A stretch of 64,000 bases of DNA, from NCBI GenBank assembly GCA_977030845.1, contig OZ365117.1, positions 2,976,001-3,040,000 on the forward strand, written 5' to 3'. Shown here piece after piece: positions 63,401 through 64,000 of the stretch. Position numbers and translations under genes: made by a program. Under the pieces are notes generated by a model. It saw nothing but the letters and a program-made list of their open reading frames with translations, was not told where the DNA came from and ran no database searches. This DNA comes from Fimbriosthenelais zetlandica. Taxonomy: Eukaryota. The first letter of the stretch is position 1. Every line of letters starts with the position of its first letter.

Positions 63401-64000
63401 AGGTACTTACATACGGGTTCCTTGAGAGTGACTGGCGGGTCGCTGGGATCAGACCATGGACCCTGTCCTGCCTTGTTGACAGCAGCCACACGGAACTCGT
63501 AAGTGATAGCTTCACCAAGTCTTGTCACTTTGTAGCCTGGTTCAGGTTTCTTGGTGTTGTCTGTGTCTCTGACCCAGGTGAGGGTACCTTCTATACGATG
63601 TTCCACCACGTAGTGAGTGATGGGGGCGCCACCGTCGTCAGATGGAGCTGTCCATTTAAGATCAACTGATGTTCCCCGGATGTTCTCATACTCGGCTCGT
63701 CCGGGTTTGCCTGGTTTTTCTGTAATTAACAAAAGATCAACATGAAGGTTTATTTACCATAAGATGACCAGTAACTGTGGTGATGTTCTGGTACTGAAAA
63801 GCCCAATGAAATGTTCAAATTGAGAAGGAAAGATTGGGAAGACTTACCATATGGATCCTTGGCAGTAAATGGTTCGGTTGGTGAACATGGTGGTCCAACT
63901 CCAACCTGGTTTTCAGCCATGATCCTGAACTCGTACTGATTACCTTCAATGAGTTCCTTCACCTTGTACTCGAGGTCTTTGACGGCTTCCTTGGTGATCT
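111..64000 (-). CDS. Giant titin/twitchin-family Ig-FN3 muscle protein gene (partial, 78 exons in window, extends beyond both ends)
   Basis: Successive minus-strand exons of mostly 270-312 nt carry FN3 motifs (W..P..DGG..I..Y.(I/V)E, Y.FRV.AEN..G) and I-set Ig motifs (L.C..G.P.P.V.W, D.G.Y.C/V.A.N). Boundaries are GT-AG and phase 1, except a phase-2 intron in the Trp codon of some Ig domains. The frame stays open across the joined exons. Confidence 0.96.
1437..1790 (-). CDS. 354-nt exon encoding two truncated Ig N-termini plus a charged Glu/Lys/Thr/Val-rich segment
   Basis: TTTTAG acceptor, GTAACC donor, phase 1-1, open frame: IPYFLRKLPARVEMLEGQNFSLAC...APWFVKKLPTKLEIKERNNLEIKC...EEGESEREETVTAKLTKTHVKREISETGEVHVTKKSQVIVK. 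Confidence 0.75.
4501..4682 (-). CDS. Candidate alternative terminal exon (ESAPAVELESWLRES...TSLVPRF*)
   Basis: gttacgttgacAG acceptor, phase-1 entry open for about 60 codons to TAG. It forms a GC-richer, coding-like island in AT-rich intron. Confidence 0.4.
4960..4968 (-). CDS. Candidate 9-nt microexon (G-I-Q)
   Basis: cttaacaacttatatctttcccccacAG|GAATACAAG|GTAATC, 83 nt downstream of the donor at 5051, phase 1-1. Confidence 0.45.
5052..15702 (-). CDS. Tandem array of 14 single-exon FN3 domains
   Basis: Exons 15403-15702, 14617-14934, 13986-14285, 13259-13561, 12573-12875, 11956-12252, 11040-11336, 10510-10815, 9901-10206, 8091-8399, 7427-7729, 6717-7019, 5859-6170, 5052-5357. All are phase 1-1 with lengths divisible by 3. 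Confidence 0.93.
5429..5830. repeat. 51-54-bp minisatellite, 8 copies
   Basis: TTTGTTCAG starts at 5429, 5481, 5532, 5583, 5635, 5686, 5740, 5792. Confidence 0.95.
7097..7410. repeat. Interspersed element with ACAATT(G/A)GACACC repeats around degenerate TTAGGG/CCCTAA runs (Helitron/Helentron-derivative-like)
   Basis: Several acaattggacaccc motifs, plus ttagggttaacctaaccctagccctagg...agggttagggttag at 7212-7320. Confidence 0.5.
7781..7850. repeat. 30-bp tandem repeat (GGTGATATGTGCCTAGAGGTGGTCTGGGTA), about 2.5 copies plus degenerate extension
   Basis: Directly visible. Confidence 0.8.
7924..7973. repeat. About 50-bp hairpin element (GTTTCATAAC...GTTATGAAAC); related copies at 9253-9302 and 9449-9503
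   Basis: Short inverted repeats shared by three sites. Confidence 0.55.
8421..9230. repeat. 30-bp minisatellite, 27 copies (ATTGAGTATATTGTATACATTAAGCATGGC)
   Basis: Column-aligned identical units in the 60-nt rows, with few variants. Confidence 0.98.
9577..9821. repeat. 21-bp minisatellite, about 11.7 copies (TCA(A/G)GCCTGATCCCTGCAGCA)
   Basis: Tandem units. Grows out of an about 190-bp duplication (9231-9424 vs 9425-9600). Confidence 0.95.
10231..10410. repeat. About 65-bp tandem repeat, about 2.6 copies
   Basis: GCTAAGGCA...CTGATGCCAT...TTCTAAATGCACTTAGAAACAGTT units. Confidence 0.85.
11563..11649 (-). mobile_element. tRNA-derived SINE-like head (or tRNA pseudogene)
   Basis: Minus strand GGGGAGTTAGCTCAGTTGGTTAGAGCGCC...GGCGGTTCAATCCCCCG has Pol III A and B boxes and a D-arm, but the acceptor and T stems are mispaired. 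An A-run follows about 200 nt downstream (about 11358-11366). Confidence 0.55.
15075..15286. mobile_element. PIF/Harbinger-type MITE family A, copy 1
   Basis: About 60-bp TIR AGCCGGGACTCCACTGCTGCGATTTTGCTTGCGACAC..., TAA on both flanks, 212 bp. Confidence 0.88.
16095..16130 (-). CDS. Candidate 36-nt cassette microexon (DSTAVEKVYMEK)
   Basis: Acceptor cttcctcgtctgtccattttAG, donor GTGAGT, phase 1-1, open frame. Confidence 0.55.
16382..16497. repeat. 39-bp tandem repeat, 3 copies
   Basis: CATGGTACCAACAGCGCCTTTCATAGTACCACCCACATT units. Confidence 0.9.
16558..20788 (-). CDS. Half repeat R7 (IgA-IgB-FN3x3) followed by an Ig-Ig pair
   Basis: Exons 20674-20788 + 20279-20451 (IgA), 19707-19994 (IgB VAPTIEVDRY...; absent from the ORF track, translated by hand), 18875-19480 (2 FN3), 18291-18599, 17938-18049 + 17576-17748 (Ig), 16558-16842 (Ig). 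Confidence 0.92.
17072..17304. mobile_element. PIF/Harbinger-type MITE family B, copy 1
   Basis: TIR AGCGTGTTCTACACTACACCGAT...ATCGGTATAGTGTAGAACGCGCT, TTA/TTA TSD, interior rich in GATC/AGATC motifs. Confidence 0.85.
17331..17541. mobile_element. MITE family A, copy 2
   Basis: Near-identical to copy 1, TAA/TAA TSD. Confidence 0.88.
20927..26282 (-). CDS. Super-repeat R6
   Basis: Exons 26168-26282 + 25733-25905 (IgA), 25231-25518, 24471-24773, 24012-24314, 22919-23212, 22143-22700 (IgC-IgD), 20927-21832 (3 FN3). Confidence 0.93.
22790..22850. mobile_element. Truncated Harbinger-like MITE end (family E; homologous copy at about 51428-51490)
   Basis: Both sites read TAA-AGCCTGGA.(T/C)ACACTAATC.GATTCTCCAT.CGAT. 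Confidence 0.5.
23563..23872. repeat. 75-bp tandem repeat, about 4 copies
   Basis: ATTGATCTAA recurs at 23563, 23638, 23713, 23788, 23863. Confidence 0.92.
24894..25104. mobile_element. MITE family A, copy 3
   Basis: Near-identical to copy 2, TAA/TAA TSD. Confidence 0.88.
26506..31286 (-). CDS. Super-repeat R5
   Basis: Exons 30999-31286, 30443-30730, 29598-29900, 28674-29267 (2 FN3), 27706-28560 (IgC-IgD-FN3 fused), 27173-27472, 26506-26811. Confidence 0.93.
29410..29530. repeat. Degenerate TAACCC/TTAGGG tract related to 7212-7320
   Basis: aaccctaacttaaccccaggttttaagcctaggtttaaccct...aaccctaaccctaaccc. Shares GGTTTTAAGCCTAGG with the 7.2-kb tract. Confidence 0.6.
29999..30426. repeat. 173-bp tandem duplication; copy 1 (29999-30253) carries the family D MITE, copy 2 (30254-30426) lacks it
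   Basis: Both copies run CCCAGGAGAGAAACACACTAGAAC...GAACCTTGCTTGATTTAAAGT. The length difference is 82 = 80 + TA. Confidence 0.92.
30025..30104. mobile_element. 80-bp hairpin MITE, Tc1/mariner-pogo type (family D), copy 1
   Basis: Perfect 33-bp TIR CAGTCTGTTCACTCTAAGTTGATCCGAAACCAC, 14-nt loop, TA/TA TSD. Confidence 0.88.
30925..30984. repeat. 14-bp tandem repeat, 4 copies (GCTATCTAACGAAC)
   Basis: Directly visible, about 14 nt from the donor at 30998. Confidence 0.92.
31409..31753 (-). repeat. Tandem duplications of the exon 31754 3' end plus 5' splice site
   Basis: C(T/C)TACCTAGTGG recurs with the donor AC ending at 31454, 31555 and 31668, in addition to the real one at 31753. Confidence 0.88.
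31754..42085 (-). CDS. Super-repeat R4
   Basis: Exons 41798-42085, 41276-41560, 40863-41165, 34435-35028 (2 FN3), 33947-34216, 33418-33705, 32897-33193, 32329-32622, 31754-32053. Sum 2919 nt = 973 aa. Confidence 0.93.
38200..39800 (-). pseudogene. Possible decayed pogo/Tigger-like (DDE_1) transposase remnant
   Basis: Frameshifted fragments in the expected order: SSELPELCKWFIK; ENVY/LPKWNSYVFKPLDTG (cf. pogo LPPHTSHxLQPLDVG); IFTELIVKMLRESMAR*GTITSAF; then a Cys/His remnant ICVDWLESVY*HCTG. Judged by eye, no HMM run. Confidence 0.4.
42384..52162 (-). CDS. Super-repeat R3
   Basis: Exons 52048-52162 + 51689-51861 (IgA), 51053-51340, 50329-50631, 49385-49978 (2 FN3), 48695-48964, 47989-48273, 47427-47729, 42976-43278, 42384-42683. 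Confidence 0.93.
44341..46065. mobile_element. Foldback-type (Mutator/FB-like) non-autonomous element: 1.7-kb palindrome of tandem 168-180-bp units
   Basis: Left arm 44341-45140 (GGTAGTCCTAAACACCGAAAGAATCCG...) is the reverse complement of right arm 45141-46065 (...CGGATTCTTTCGGTGTTTAGTACTACCC). No spacer. Flanks CCCCCAACAC and CTCCCAACAC form a 10-bp near-perfect direct repeat. Confidence 0.8.
46635..46643 (-). CDS. Candidate 9-nt microexon (V-P-K)
   Basis: gtcttgttctctttcacttttttacAG|TACCCAAAA|GTAAGT, phase 1-1. Confidence 0.5.
48466..48677. mobile_element. MITE family A, copy 4 (diverged)
   Basis: Same TIR ends, TAA/TAA TSD, diverged interior. Lies 17 nt from the exon end at 48695. Confidence 0.85.
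49056..49105 (-). repeat. Duplicate of the 3' splice site and first about 25 nt of exon 48695-48964
   Basis: TCACGGGTGAAGACAAAGGATTCCACTGTAAATTAAAGACAATCATGAGC vs TCACGGGTGAAGACAATGGATTCCACTGAAAAGTAAAGACAATCATGAGC. Confidence 0.88.
49165..49240. mobile_element. Diverged family D-related hairpin MITE (fragments also at about 49003-49052 and 49127-49152)
   Basis: TA-CACTCTGTCAAACCTAACTTGGACCGAAACCACCATAAAAATGTAC...TTCGGTCCAAGTTTGGACAGATTG-TA. Shares the CCGAAACCACCATA.A.ATGTAC core with family D. Confidence 0.65.
50053..50242. mobile_element. MITE family B, copy 2 (internally deleted)
   Basis: AGCGCCTTCTACACTACAC...GTGTAGAAGGTCCT, flanks TAA/TTA. Confidence 0.8.
52251..57045 (-). CDS. Super-repeat R2
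   Basis: Exons 56758-57045 (IgA), 56242-56529 (IgB), 55138-56025 (3 FN3), 54674-54943 (IgC, AAG acceptor), 54016-54300 (IgD), 53343-53639, 52813-53115, 52251-52553. Confidence 0.93.
52664..52743. mobile_element. 80-bp hairpin MITE family D, copy 2
   Basis: Same sequence as 30025-30104 with a few substitutions, TA flanks. Confidence 0.85.
53764..53892. mobile_element. 129-bp Harbinger-type MITE (family F)
   Basis: TIR AGCCTGCATTCCATCTATCAGATTATCGGGTCAA / TTGACCCGATAATCTGATAGGTGGAATCCAGGAT, TTA/TTA flanks. Confidence 0.75.
54403..54637. mobile_element. MITE family B, copy 3
   Basis: AGCGCCTTCTACACT...AGTGTAGAAGGCGCT, TAA/TAA TSD. Confidence 0.87.
57186..63289 (-). CDS. Super-repeat R1: IgA-IgB-FN3x3-IgC-IgD-FN3x3
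   Basis: Exons 63175-63289 + 62884-63059 (IgA, split in Trp), 62452-62739, 62057-62356, 61365-61952 (2 FN3), 60905-61174, 60534-60818, 59166-59462, 57719-58021, 57186-57488. Confidence 0.93.
59613..60333. mobile_element. 721-bp Harbinger-type non-autonomous element with subterminal CCGCAAG/CTTGCGG arrays
   Basis: Imperfect TIR TGGGGTAACTCCACTGCAC / GTGCAGTGGAGTCCTGCCA, TTA/TTA TSD. The ACTCCACTG core is shared with family A. Confidence 0.75.
63411..64000 (-). CDS. Last two FN3 domains of the preceding super-repeat (exons 63848->64000 and 63411-63719)
   Basis: YEFRIMAENQVGVGPPCSP and EKPGKPGRAEY...YEFRVAAVNKAGQGPWSDPS. Donors GTAAGT. Confidence 0.93.

Noticed and set aside
169-63502. Plus-strand ORFs overlapping exons (e.g. 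28074-28586, 19117-19503, 57730-58161)
   Set aside because: Antisense shadows of minus-strand coding exons with no independent support.
111-64000. Assigning a symbol such as TTN, unc-22 or bt
   Set aside because: The domain order differs from those genes, and the kinase and termini are outside the window. Orthology needs a phylogeny.

Overview
Animal (probably invertebrate) genomic DNA. The whole 64 kb lies inside one giant intron-rich gene on the minus strand that runs off both ends of the window. I traced 78 exons by hand (about 25.0 kb of CDS, about 8,340 aa). They have canonical GT-AG boundaries and encode about 28 I-set Ig and about 56 FN3 domains of the titin/twitchin/projectin family. 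No kinase or PEVK region is in the window. From 5' to 3' (high to low coordinates) the protein has six complete 10-domain super-repeats (IgA-IgB-FN3x3-IgC-IgD-FN3x3) and a half repeat, then Ig-Ig, then 14 consecutive single-exon FN3 domains. After these come a variable linker region (candidate microexons, a candidate terminal exon, and an exon with two aborted Ig starts) and one more FN3. The introns hold a 1.7-kb spacer-less foldback palindrome, several PIF/Harbinger-type MITE families (TAA/TTA target duplications) and TA-flanked hairpin MITEs (one with a paired empty site). They also hold a possible decayed pogo-like transposase, a tRNA-derived SINE-like head, TTAGGG-rich elements, minisatellites and duplicated splice sites. 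All coordinates were counted by hand and no database search was run.
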